Source: OM182 bacterium
Lineage (GTDB): Bacteria > Pseudomonadota > Gammaproteobacteria > Pseudomonadales > Azotimanducaceae
NCBI GenBank assembly: GCA_043512555.1
Contig: CP121333.1
Coordinates: 2,309,955 to 2,373,954 of the forward strand
Length of the DNA: 64,000 bases
Direction: 5' to 3'
The position numbers and the translations under genes are program-made. A model generated the notes under the pieces. That model did no database searches. It worked only from the letters and a program-made list of their open reading frames with translations, and was not told where the DNA came from. Below, in pieces: positions 24,522-34,002 of the stretch (the stretch's first letter is position 1; each line of letters starts with the position of its first letter).

Positions 24522-26066
24522 ATGAATGGTGCAGAAAGTCTGATCAGGTCACTGGTATCGGCGGGTGTTGATGTCTGTTTCGCGAACCCGGGTACTTCGG
24601 AAATGCATCTTGTGCAGGCGATTGATGCTGTGCCTGAAATGCGTGGCGTGCTGTCCCTTTTTGAAGGCGTCTGTACCGGTGCGGCCGACGGCTATGGGCG
24701 AATGACAGGCTCGCCGGCAACGACGTTGCTGCATCTCGGCCCCGGCCTGGGCAACGGTATCGCCAACCTGCACAACGCGCGCAGGGCAAGCACACCGATT
24801 ATTAACCTGATTGGTAATCATGCGCTGTACCACGTTGCCTATGACGCACCGCTGACGTCGGATATTGATACGCTGTCCGCCAACGTCTCCAGCTGGACGA
24901 AGTCGGATTCCACGGCACAGAGTCTTGCCGGTGACGGTATGCAGGCACTTCAGTTCTCCATGACCGCCAAGCCCGGCTCCCTCGGCCAGATATCGACGAT
25001 GATCATTCCTGCCGATGCCTGTTGGGAGGAAGCACCGGGAACCGCCAGCGCGCTAACAGCACCGGCGCGAGCGACCGTTGATGATGCTGTTGTCAGGCAG
25101 GTGGCAGATACCATCAATGCCAAATCCCTCATCTATCTTAATGCGGATGGGCTATCTCTGAATGCCCGCCGGGCAGCGGGGCGAATTGCGGCCGTGACCG
25201 GGTGCCGGGTCGCAACCACAGCATTTCCGGCACGAGTCGATAGCGGGGCAGGGACCCCTCTGGCAGAGAAAATGCCCTATTTTCCTGAGCATGTGATGGG
25301 ATTTCTCGAGGGCGTGGAGACCCTGGTGCTTGCGGGTGCGGATTCCCCGGTGAGTTTCTTTGCCTATCCCTCGACGCCAAGTGAGCTGGTACCCGAGGGT
25401 TGTCAGCTGGTGCGACTTTCTCAAAGCGAAGAAAACACGACGCTGGCACTGGAAGCAGTGGCAGACCTGATGGGTGCGCCTGACAGCGGCTCCGAATATG
25501 AGTTCCTGCAGCCTGAGTTGCCGACAGGCAAACTGTCTACCCGTTCTATCTCAACGGCTATTGCGGCATTGCTACCTGAAGGCGCAATACTCTGCGGCGA
25601 CTCGGGCGGTGGCGGCGCCGCGTTTGGGCCCACGCAAAAAAGTCATCAACACACCTGGCTCAACCTCACCGGTGGATCGATCGGGCAGGGTGGCCCGGTT
25701 GCTGTCGGCGCAGCGGTGGCGTGCCCAGATCAACAGGTTCTCGCGCTGTTGGGTGACGGTGCCAGTATGTATACCAATCAGGCATTCTGGACGCAGGCGC
25801 GGGAAGGTTTGAATGTGACCACCATCATTTTCAATAACAGCCGCTATGGGATTCTTGAAACGGAGTATCTGCGTTTGGGTGTGAATCAGATTGGTGAGCG
25901 GGCGGGTTCTCTTTTCGATTTGTCCAAACCTGATATCGACTTTGTGCAGCTGGGTGCCAGTATGGGCGTTCCAGGCAAATCAGTTCGAACAGCGGAAGAA
26001 TTCAACGATGCGCTTGCACGTAGCTTTGAGGAACCGGGTCCGTTTCTGATTGAAGCCCTGCTCTAA
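24522..26066 (+). CDS. thiamine-pyrophosphate-binding enzyme (acetolactate-synthase large-subunit-like)
   Basis: TPP N-terminal domain (GVDVCFANPGTSEMHLV) and GDGASMY...NNSRYG TPP-binding motif. AGGAG lies 8 nt before ATG 24522. Confidence 0.85.
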   Translation: MNGAESLIRSLVSAGVDVCFANPGTSEMHLVQAIDAVPEMRGVLSLFEGVCTGAADGYGRMTGSPATTLLHLGPGLGNGIANLHNARRASTPIINLIGNHALYHVAYDAPLTSDIDTLSANVSSWTKSDSTAQSLAGDGMQALQFSMTAKPGSLGQISTMIIPADACWEEAPGTASALTAPARATVDDAVVRQVADTINAKSLIYLNADGLSLNARRAAGRIAAVTGCRVATTAFPARVDSGAGTPLAEKMPYFPEHVMGFLEGVETLVLAGADSPVSFFAYPSTPSELVPEGCQLVRLSQSEENTTLALEAVADLMGAPDSGSEYEFLQPELPTGKLSTRSISTAIAALLPEGAILCGDSGGGGAAFGPTQKSHQHTWLNLTGGSIGQGGPVAVGAAVACPDQQVLALLGDGASMYTNQAFWTQAREGLNVTTIIFNNSRYGILETEYLRLGVNQIGERAGSLFDLSKPDIDFVQLGASMGVPGKSVRTAEEFNDALARSFEEPGPFLIEALL

Positions 26067-26090
26067 GTTGAAAAGTTTGTGCCGGCAAAG

Positions 26091-26106
26091 TGTGAAGGCC
26101 TTCACA
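26091..26106 (+). terminator. 16-nt perfect palindrome after the TPP enzyme gene (weak terminator candidate)
   Basis: TGTGAAGG/CCTTCACA with no U tract. Confidence 0.3.
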
Positions 26107-26248
26107 GATTTGGAAACAAGTCGATTTAGTCTAGTAAAATCAACCGTTTGAGGGCTTCATGTCGATTGTTATCCAGCGAATTTGGGGTATAGTGATTTTA
26201 TCTGAATCTGCAATGGGGGCCTGGATTTAACCGTCATGAGGCTAACCC

Positions 26249-27796
26249 TTGAAAACCCTTGATCTGACCCAGCCGCGCATCTTAGCGGGCATCTTAATTC
26301 TGATTCTCTCGGTTACAGGCAGCAGTGCTCTATTCGCAGCGGCTGCGCCTGAAAACCTGGAGAACAGCATTGTTGTGGTCGAAACCTATGTTGGCAACCA
26401 GTCCACAGACAAGGCCAGCGGTTTCGTTGTGCAGTCTGACCGATATAACGGTTATGTAGTCACTAACGCAGAGAGTGTTGCCGATAGTGATTCCGTTGTG
26501 GTGACGTCACCGATTACTGGCGGCAAGCTGGTTGCCGATATCCTGCGAATAGATCGGTCAGGCGATTATGCCTTGCTGAAAGTGAACGGCCTCAACATGC
26601 CGCCGCTTGAATTCGCCAGGACAGAGCCGGGTTCAGGTGAAGTGGTCTGGTCTGCAGCCAAGCTGAATGGCACTGAAACCGTGACGATATCGCGGGGTCT
26701 GCTTCGAATGGGTTACAAACTCTCAGAGGAAGATACCGGCTGGTATCAGCACACGGCGGCCATAGAACTGGTGGGTGGCTCTGTTCTCCTGAATGAATGT
26801 GGTGAGGTGCTGGGCCTGAATTTCACGCAACCGGCAAGTGATGGTTCAACCCGTGCCGTTGATCGCAGCACCCTGAAATCATTACTTCGCGCTCAAAACG
26901 TCAACGTCACGACGGCAAGTGCCGTATGCCTGTCCGAGATCGTCAAGGCGAGACAGAAAGCAGATTTCGCTTCCGATGAAGCCAGGAGAGCCCAGGAAGA
27001 GGCAGAAAAGGCCCAGGCGGTCGCGCGCCAACTGGAAAAACAGCTCAATGAAAGCCAGCGTTCCAATACGTCCCTGATAGAGCAGACCCGCATTGCCGGA
27101 GAGCGTGCCGAAGCCGCGATTGTTGCAGCAGAACAGGCACAGCGCAGGGCGGATAACACCCGGAGAGAGCTGGAAGAAAAGACCCAGGGGCTGAGAGAAG
27201 AAACCAAAGCGCTGCTCAAGAGCTTCGAAGAAGATCGAGCGGAGGCTGAGGCCAGATTCGAGGACATGCTTCGCGCGCAGCAGGCATCTGCTGAGAATCG
27301 AGAGCGCATCCTGATGGGGCTCTCAGCGGCTCTGATTGTGCTGATCGGCATCATTTTGTTCTTCCTTCGTGTTCGCTCAACACCCGCTATGGAGACAAAA
27401 ACCACCCAGGCAGCGCCCGTAGTCTATGGCTCAGGCAACACCGCAGCGAATCACCGTGGTGAACTCTCGGAATATGTCCTGGATGGCCGTGATGATGACG
27501 GTATCCGCTACCTGCTCAGGATATCCGGTGATCAGCTGGTCAATAAGGATGATGGCGTGATTATTGGCCGAAATCCGAAGGATTCTCCCTACATCATCAA
27601 TCATGCTGATGTATCCAGGAAGCATGCGCGCATTAAAGTAAAGAATAACCGCGTATTTATTGAGGATTTAGGCTCCACCAACGGTACCTCAGTTAACGGG
27701 CAGTCCATCGATGACAAGGGGCCAGTGTCCGTCGACAATGGTGATCAGATCATTATCGGCTCCGTTGTCATGAAGCTCCGCGTCATGGACGGCTAA
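26249..27796 (+). CDS. FHA domain protein with N-terminal secreted trypsin-like (probably inactive) domain, coiled coil and one TM helix
   Basis: Signal-like N-terminus. Trypsin_2-like block GFVV..GYVVTNAESV..DYALLKV..VGGSVLLNECGEVLGLN. Long E/A/R/Q coiled coil. TM helix ILMGLSAALIVLIGIILFFL. C-terminal FHA (VIIGRN..ISRKHARI..DLGSTNGTSVNG). TTG start is uncertain. Confidence 0.8.
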   Translation: MKTLDLTQPRILAGILILILSVTGSSALFAAAAPENLENSIVVVETYVGNQSTDKASGFVVQSDRYNGYVVTNAESVADSDSVVVTSPITGGKLVADILRIDRSGDYALLKVNGLNMPPLEFARTEPGSGEVVWSAAKLNGTETVTISRGLLRMGYKLSEEDTGWYQHTAAIELVGGSVLLNECGEVLGLNFTQPASDGSTRAVDRSTLKSLLRAQNVNVTTASAVCLSEIVKARQKADFASDEARRAQEEAEKAQAVARQLEKQLNESQRSNTSLIEQTRIAGERAEAAIVAAEQAQRRADNTRRELEEKTQGLREETKALLKSFEEDRAEAEARFEDMLRAQQASAENRERILMGLSAALIVLIGIILFFLRVRSTPAMETKTTQAAPVVYGSGNTAANHRGELSEYVLDGRDDDGIRYLLRISGDQLVNKDDGVIIGRNPKDSPYIINHADVSRKHARIKVKNNRVFIEDLGSTNGTSVNGQSIDDKGPVSVDNGDQIIIGSVVMKLRVMDG

Positions 27797-27888
27797 TAAG
27801 CCTCCGCCAAGTTGTTCAAAGGCCTGTTTTTTCTGTAAAATTTGGCTCTTGGCAGAGGTCCGAACTTTTATTTAACGCATCGACCCGC

Positions 27889-27914
27889 GCACGCTATATA
27901 GCGTGCTTTTTTTT
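27889..27914 (+). terminator. rho-independent terminator
   Basis: GCACGCTA-ta-TAGCGTGC followed by T8. Confidence 0.8.
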
Positions 27915-27984
27915 GGGGTGAACGGAAACGCTCGCCGATACGTAAATTTTTTAACAGCGCAGTATAACTTTTGAGGGAAAATTA

Positions 27985-29847
27985 ATGTCTGCAGTGGAAG
28001 ATACAAGCAGCGCAGGTGCCAGGCTGGTCAGTGATGTCGTTGTCCGTTTTGCGGGTGACTCTGGTGACGGTATGCAGCTCACCGGTAGCAACTTCACGGA
28101 AGCCACCGCACTTTATGGAAACGATTTGGCTACTTTTCCGGATTTCCCGGCAGAGATTCGTGCACCCGCCGGTGCAACTTTTGGGGTTTCTGCTTTCCAG
28201 ATTTATTTCGGATCGGAAGACGTTACGACCGCGGGCGATGACGTTGACGTCCTCGTTGCGATGAACCCGGCAGCGCTAATCACCAACCTGAAGGATCTGG
28301 TAAACGGTGGCGTCGTTATTGTCGACACTGATGCATTTACCGACAAAAACATGGCGCGAGCGGGATACAAATCAAACCCGATCGAAGACGGGAGTCTCGA
28401 TGCCTATCGTGTGATTCCTGTCGAGATCACCAATCAGGTGCTCGAAGCCGTTAAGCCTTATGGCCTTTCGCACAAGTTTGCCGTGCGTTGTAAGAACATG
28501 TGGACGCTGGGTCTGGTGATGTGGCTGTTTGATCGAGATCGAACCACGGCCATCGAGAACCTGAAAAAGAAATTCGCCTCCAAGCCCGATATTGCCGATG
28601 CCAACATTGCTGCAATTAACGCCGGGCATGCCTACGGTGAAACGGCTGAGCTACCGAGCGGTGTAGAGATCTATAAGGTACCTCGTGCGGAAGTTGCGCC
28701 AGGACTTTACCGAAACACGACAGGGTCCGAGGCGCTGGCCTACGGTCTGGTTGCGGGTGGCCAGTTGGCTAACCTGCCTATTACCTTTGCCTCCTATCCG
28801 ATCACGCCGGCTTCAAGCCTGCTGCATTCGTTGTCTGGTTTGAAGCACTTCGATGTGGTGACGTTTCAGGCAGAAGATGAGATTGCGGCAGTCTGTGCGG
28901 CAATCGGTGCATCGTTTGCCGGCTCTCTTGGCATCACGTCAAGTTCTGGCCCCGGCATCTCGCTGAAGGGCGAGGCGATCTCGCTTGCGAGCGCGACGGA
29001 ACTACCGCTGGTCATTGTGAACACCCAGCGCGGTGGACCTTCAACCGGCCTGCCAACGAAAACAGAACAGTCCGACCTTAATCAGGCGCTGTTTGGACGC
29101 CACGCCGACACGACCATGCCGGTGATTTCATCGTCAACCTCGGTTGACTGTTTTGATGTGGCGATTGAAGCGGTTCGTCTGGCGACCCAGTTCATGACGC
29201 CGGTGATGTTGCTGTCTGACGGCTACATGGCTAATGCGTCGGAACCCTGGCTGGTGCCAAACATGGATGATTACGAGGCCTTCCCGGTTAGTTTTGAAAC
29301 CGAGCCAGAAGGGTTTTCGCCCTCCAATCGTGACGACAAAACGTTAGCCCGTGTCTGGGCCAAGCCCGGTACGCCTGGACTCGAACACCGAATCGGTGGC
29401 ATCGAGAAGAACTATGAGACTGGCGATATTTCCTACGAACCGGAAAACCACCAGAAGATGACCGATGTTCGCAAAGCCAAGATTGATGGCATTGCTGACT
29501 TCATACCTGAGCAGGATGTGGCGCTCGGTGACACCAAAGGCAAACTTGCTGTTGTCGGGTGGGGTTCAACTTATGGCGCTATTCACCAGGCGGTAAAACG
29601 CTGCCGTCAGGAAAACCTGGATGTCTCTCACATCCACATCCGGTACATGAACCCCTTGCCGAAAAACCTCGGCGAGCTCCTGTCCGGCTATGACGAAGTG
29701 CTGATACCGGAGATGAATACGGGGCAACTAATTAATGTGATTCGCGCTCGTTACCTGATCGACGCGAAGCCGCTGAACAAAGTATCAGGCCAACCTTTCA
29801 AGATCAGGGAAGTCGAACAGAAAATCCGTTCGATGCTGGAGGTATAA
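27985..29847 (+). CDS. korA: 2-oxoacid:acceptor (ferredoxin) oxidoreductase subunit alpha
   Basis: 620 aa with fused gamma/alpha-type domains (RFAGDSGDGMQLTG..., YPITPAS). Confidence 0.85.
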   Translation: MSAVEDTSSAGARLVSDVVVRFAGDSGDGMQLTGSNFTEATALYGNDLATFPDFPAEIRAPAGATFGVSAFQIYFGSEDVTTAGDDVDVLVAMNPAALITNLKDLVNGGVVIVDTDAFTDKNMARAGYKSNPIEDGSLDAYRVIPVEITNQVLEAVKPYGLSHKFAVRCKNMWTLGLVMWLFDRDRTTAIENLKKKFASKPDIADANIAAINAGHAYGETAELPSGVEIYKVPRAEVAPGLYRNTTGSEALAYGLVAGGQLANLPITFASYPITPASSLLHSLSGLKHFDVVTFQAEDEIAAVCAAIGASFAGSLGITSSSGPGISLKGEAISLASATELPLVIVNTQRGGPSTGLPTKTEQSDLNQALFGRHADTTMPVISSSTSVDCFDVAIEAVRLATQFMTPVMLLSDGYMANASEPWLVPNMDDYEAFPVSFETEPEGFSPSNRDDKTLARVWAKPGTPGLEHRIGGIEKNYETGDISYEPENHQKMTDVRKAKIDGIADFIPEQDVALGDTKGKLAVVGWGSTYGAIHQAVKRCRQENLDVSHIHIRYMNPLPKNLGELLSGYDEVLIPEMNTGQLINVIRARYLIDAKPLNKVSGQPFKIREVEQKIRSMLEV

Positions 29848-29849
29848 CC

Positions 29850-30872
29850 ATGAACGCACCTGTAGAGAAACTTACTGCTAAAGACTATTCATCAGACCAG
29901 GAAGTACGATGGTGCCCCGGTTGTGGTGACTATGCGATTCTTAAGACCATCCAGAAGCTGATGCCAGAGCTCGATGTGCCGAAAGAAAACCTCGTTTTCG
30001 TTTCGGGTATCGGTTGCTCCTCGCGCTTCCCCTACTACATGAACACGTTTGGTTTTCATACGATCCACGGTCGGGCCCCTTCGGTTGCCACCGGCGTGAA
30101 GCTCGCGAATCCTGAGCTCGACGTATGGGTTGTCACAGGTGACGGTGATGGCCTCAGTATTGGCGGCAACCACATGGTTCACGTGCTTCGCCGCAACGTA
30201 AACCTGCAGATTCTGCTGTTTAACAATGAGATTTACGGTCTGACTAAAGGGCAGTACAGCCCGACGTCAAAGGTTGGCACACGCTCGCCTTCCACGCCGG
30301 ACGGATCTATCGACATGCCGCTCGTGCCGTGTACCTTTGCTCTCGGTGCAGGTGCAACGTTTGTCGCCCGAACCATCGATACTGAAGCGAAGCACATGAC
30401 GCCGACGCTGACGCGTGCCCATGATCACAAGGGCGCGTCTTTCGTTGAGATCTATCAAAACTGCCCCGTATATAACGACGGCATTTTTGACGTGATTAAA
30501 GAGAAGAAGACAGCAGCCGATACCAGACTGGTGCTTGAGCACGGTAAACCGTTGACGTTTGGTGCGGACAATCAGAAGGGCCTGCGACTGAATCCCAAAG
30601 CGCTGCAGCTGGAAGTGGTCACGATTGGTGAAGACGGTGTAACAGAAGAAGACATCGTCGTGCACGATGAAACCAACCGCGTGCTGGCTCAGATGTTGTC
30701 GGAATTGAAATTGCCTGACTTCCCAGAGCCGATCGGGGTGCTTTACTGCGATTCGACTGCGCCTGCCTTCACCGATGATGTGTTTCAGCAACGTATCGTT
30801 GTACGTGAATCAAAGGGTGAGCCGGATATTAACTCGCTGCTCCGCAGCGGGCACACCTGGACCGTAGACTAA
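29850..30872 (+). CDS. korB: 2-oxoacid:ferredoxin oxidoreductase subunit beta
   Basis: WCPGCGDY and GIGCSSR motifs, TPP-binding GDGD. Starts 2 nt after the korA stop. Confidence 0.9.
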   Translation: MNAPVEKLTAKDYSSDQEVRWCPGCGDYAILKTIQKLMPELDVPKENLVFVSGIGCSSRFPYYMNTFGFHTIHGRAPSVATGVKLANPELDVWVVTGDGDGLSIGGNHMVHVLRRNVNLQILLFNNEIYGLTKGQYSPTSKVGTRSPSTPDGSIDMPLVPCTFALGAGATFVARTIDTEAKHMTPTLTRAHDHKGASFVEIYQNCPVYNDGIFDVIKEKKTAADTRLVLEHGKPLTFGADNQKGLRLNPKALQLEVVTIGEDGVTEEDIVVHDETNRVLAQMLSELKLPDFPEPIGVLYCDSTAPAFTDDVFQQRIVVRESKGEPDINSLLRSGHTWTVD

Positions 30873-30875
30873 GCA

Positions 30876-31352
30876 GTGGCGCTGCCTAAGGTTGGCAGGG
30901 TCGCTCCTGCCTTTTCGCTGCTGAACCAGGATGGTGAGAAAGTCACCCTGAAAGATTTTCGGGGTGACAAAAACGTCCTCGTCTATTTTTACCCCAAGGC
31001 CATGACACCTGGCTGTACCACGCAGGCCTGCGGGCTTCGTGACAACAAAGCCAGGCTGAGTCGCCAGAAGCTGGTGGTGCTTGGCCTCAGCCCTGACCCT
31101 GTTGCCCGGCTTGAGAAGTTTCGCAAGAAAGAAAAGCTAAACTTTGACCTGCTGTCCGATGAAGATCACAAGATTGCTGAGAAGTATGGCGTCTGGGGTT
31201 TGAAGAAGTTCATGGGGCGCGAATACATGGGGATCAATCGAATGTCGTTTCTGATTGATATGGACGGCAAATTGCGCCACGTGATGGAGAAGGTCAATAC
31301 GAAGACCCATCATGATGATGTGCTTGCCCTTCTCAAAAAAATGAACGGCTAA
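30876..31352 (+). CDS. bcp: thioredoxin-dependent thiol peroxidase (Bcp-type peroxiredoxin)
   Basis: YFYPKAMTPGCTTQAC motif, 158 aa. GTG start 3 nt after the korB stop. Confidence 0.9.
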   Translation: MALPKVGRVAPAFSLLNQDGEKVTLKDFRGDKNVLVYFYPKAMTPGCTTQACGLRDNKARLSRQKLVVLGLSPDPVARLEKFRKKEKLNFDLLSDEDHKIAEKYGVWGLKKFMGREYMGINRMSFLIDMDGKLRHVMEKVNTKTHHDDVLALLKKMNG

Positions 31353-31388
31353 AGAAATGAACGGCTAAAGAGATGAACCGCTAAAGAG
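31341..31388. repeat. 16-nt tandem repeat x3 that duplicates the last codons and stop of bcp
   Basis: ATGAACGGCTAAAGAA / ATGAACGGCTAAAGAG / ATGAACCGCTAAAGAG. The first copy encodes MNG-stop of bcp. The last copy ends 10 nt before the next ATG. Confidence 0.95.
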
Positions 31389-31397
31389 AATACGCGA

Positions 31398-32456
31398 ATG
31401 GCTGAATTCGATCCGAATGAAAACTCAGGCACCATGCCTGTTCAAGAGCGACATCAGTTTGATGTTGCTAACCTTCAGTCTTTCATGGAAAGCAACGTCG
31501 AGGGTTACAGCGGGCAACTTACTGTTGAAGAGTTTGCGGGCGGGCAGTCCAATCCTACCTATCTCTTGACGGCCGGCGATAAGCAGTACGTCATGCGCCG
31601 CAAGCCGCCGGGCAACATCCTTAAGTCCGCGCACGCCGTCGATCGCGAGTACAAAGTGATAACCGCCCTGCAGAACACAGATGTGCCGGTGGCGAAAACC
31701 TATGCGCTGTGCACTGATGATGACGTGATCGGAACCTGGTTCTACATCATGGATTACCTCGACGGTCGCGTAATCTGGGACAGCACGGCTGGCCCTTATA
31801 CGCCGGAAGAGCGCGGAGAATTCTGGGATTCAGCTAACGACGCGATCGCAAGGCTGCACAATGTAGACATTGAAGCGGCGGGCCTCTCGGATTTCGGCAA
31901 GCACGGTGACTACATTGGAAGGCAGCTGAAGCGCTGGTCTGAGCAGTATGAGTACACCAAGACTGTCGATAACCCCTATATGGATAACCTGATCGATTAC
32001 CTGCCCAAGAACATTCCGGAAGAAGACAAAACCAGCTGCGCTGTTGTGCACGGCGATCCCAAGATCGACAACATGATGATGCACAAGACAGAGAACCGTG
32101 TGATAGGCATTCTCGACTGGGAACTCAGCACACTGGGTAATCCAATCAGCGATTTTGCGTATATGTGCATGCGTTACCACGACTCTCTGCGGGATGTGGA
32201 CGTTAAGGCCCTCGGGATTCCAACCGAAGAAGAGTACATCGCGACATACTGTGAACGAACCGGTCGATCAGAGATTAAGCACTGGGAATACTACATGGCA
32301 TTCAACATGTTCCGGTTGGCCGCTATCCTTCAGGGTATTGCCAAGCGGGTTGAAGATGGCACAGCAGCCAATCAGAATGCCGCAGAAGCAGGTTCAGGCG
32401 CGTATGATCTCTCGAAGCTCGCCTGGTCGCAGATCGACCCTTCGGTCAAGATTTAA
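31398..32456 (+). CDS. phosphotransferase family protein (APH-like, ACAD10/11 N-terminal type)
   Basis: EEFAGGQSNPTY, VHGDPKIDN and ILDWELS motifs. Confidence 0.85.
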   Translation: MAEFDPNENSGTMPVQERHQFDVANLQSFMESNVEGYSGQLTVEEFAGGQSNPTYLLTAGDKQYVMRRKPPGNILKSAHAVDREYKVITALQNTDVPVAKTYALCTDDDVIGTWFYIMDYLDGRVIWDSTAGPYTPEERGEFWDSANDAIARLHNVDIEAAGLSDFGKHGDYIGRQLKRWSEQYEYTKTVDNPYMDNLIDYLPKNIPEEDKTSCAVVHGDPKIDNMMMHKTENRVIGILDWELSTLGNPISDFAYMCMRYHDSLRDVDVKALGIPTEEEYIATYCERTGRSEIKHWEYYMAFNMFRLAAILQGIAKRVEDGTAANQNAAEAGSGAYDLSKLAWSQIDPSVKI

Positions 32457-33001
32457 AAACCTTCAATATCATCGTCCAGCGGGACACCTAACGAGTTCAG
32501 TGCGCCGGCGAGCATTCTGTACTGTCCACAGGTAAAGATCAGGTCCAGAATCTGTTCGGTATTGTAGGTGGCGGTCAGACCCTCCCAGGTTTCATCAGAA
32601 ATCATGACGGACTGATGGAGGTCGTCTGCGGCCTTAATAATGAATCGTTCCGCGTCGCTCCAGCATTCTGCGCGCGATCCTTCCCGGATACCTTCGATCT
32701 GTGCGTCGTTAAGTCCGGCTTCCTTGCCGATGATGACGTGCTGACCCCACTCGTAGGGTGACCCTGCAAGAAAGCCTGCACGCAGGATGGCAATCTCGCG
32801 ATCTTTCGCGGACAGCGTATTTTTGCTGAGTATGTGGGTGGCGAATACCAGCCAGCGTTTGGCCAGCTTTGGATGGCGGGCAATGGTGCGAAACACGTTC
32901 GGCACGTTACCTCGCATGAGCTGTCTTTCCAGCACCTCCCTTTGTTCGGGCGTCATTTCGTCATCGGTCAGCGGTGGTACGCGAGGTTCTGGCTGATTCA
33001 T
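32453..33001 (-). CDS. carboxymuconolactone decarboxylase (CMD) family protein
   Basis: 182 aa, AhpD/CMD-like helical sequence. Its stop overlaps the convergent gene stop within TTTAAA. Confidence 0.7.
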   Translation of the reverse strand: MNQPEPRVPPLTDDEMTPEQREVLERQLMRGNVPNVFRTIARHPKLAKRWLVFATHILSKNTLSAKDREIAILRAGFLAGSPYEWGQHVIIGKEAGLNDAQIEGIREGSRAECWSDAERFIIKAADDLHQSVMISDETWEGLTATYNTEQILDLIFTCGQYRMLAGALNSLGVPLDDDIEGF

Positions 33002-33072
33002 GGTTTCTTATGTCCATTTGGTAACAGTTCCATGAAAGGTATCATGAGGATTGTCGTATTGGGAGTTTTGAG

Positions 33073-34002
33073 ATGAGTGAAATTATTCTGCACGAATACC
33101 CCGAATCGTTGTTTTCAGAGAAGATTCGACTGTTGCTGGGTTACAAGAAAGCGAGTTACCGATCGGTCCAGATACCGATCATTATGCCCAAGCCGGATTT
33201 GATGCCGTTGACTGGCGGGTATCGAAAAACGCCTGTCATGCAGATCGGTGCGGATATCTATTGCGATACCGCAATTATCAGCCGGGTCATCGATGACATG
33301 TTTCCCGATGATTCGATCTACCCCGAGTCGCTCAGCGCGGCAATCAACACCATGGCGCACTGGACGGATACGTTTTTCTTCCGCGTATGTGTTGCGATTG
33401 CTTTTCAGCCGAAAGCTGCAGCGTCGAACCCTTTGTTCCAGGATGACGCCGCGATTGCTGCTTTCATGACGGACCGGGCGGAACTCTCGAAAGGGTCGAG
33501 TGAATTACAGATGTCTCTTGAGATTGCCGAACCGCATTTCATTTCCCATTTGAATCAACTGGACCGTCAGCTGTCAGATTCCGGACCATTTCTGTTTGGC
33601 GATCAGCCCACGATTGCCGACTTCTCGACCTACCATAACTGCTGGTTTATCTACACGAGAGAGGAGTTGCGCGATTACTTTGCCCCGTTCGATCAATTGA
33701 ACGCCTGGTATCAGCGGATGGTGGCGTTTGGCCACGGCAATGTGAAAGGGATGTCCGGTGCAGACGCGCTTGCTGTCGCGAAGGCGGCAGAACCAGAGGA
33801 AATTGCTGATGTGGCATTTCTTGAGCCACTCGAAGCGGGTGCCAAAGTGTCAGTCATGCCCATCGACTACGGTTTTCAACCGGTCGTGGGTGAATTGCTG
33901 TCGGCGAGCATGGATGAGATCGCGGTTGCCCGAGTGGATGAGCAGGTCGGGCGCGTTGTTGTGCACTTTCCGCGCACCGGTTTTCAGGTGGCCGCTGCTT
34001 GA
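33073..34002 (+). CDS. glutathione S-transferase family protein
   Basis: Thioredoxin-like N-terminal domain (SEKIRLLLGYKK..TPVMQIG) and helical C-terminal domain. Confidence 0.75.
   Translation: MSEIILHEYPESLFSEKIRLLLGYKKASYRSVQIPIIMPKPDLMPLTGGYRKTPVMQIGADIYCDTAIISRVIDDMFPDDSIYPESLSAAINTMAHWTDTFFFRVCVAIAFQPKAAASNPLFQDDAAIAAFMTDRAELSKGSSELQMSLEIAEPHFISHLNQLDRQLSDSGPFLFGDQPTIADFSTYHNCWFIYTREELRDYFAPFDQLNAWYQRMVAFGHGNVKGMSGADALAVAKAAEPEEIADVAFLEPLEAGAKVSVMPIDYGFQPVVGELLSASMDEIAVARVDEQVGRVVVHFPRTGFQVAAA

Noticed and set aside
32453-32456. Convergent genes whose stop codons overlap (TTTAAA at 32452-32457; also 35022-35027 and 7898-7922) as possible regulatory antisense arrangements.
   Set aside because: Short 3'-3' overlaps are common in compact genomes. 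Only the 7898-7922 case is reported, because there it coincides with an apparently truncated gene.
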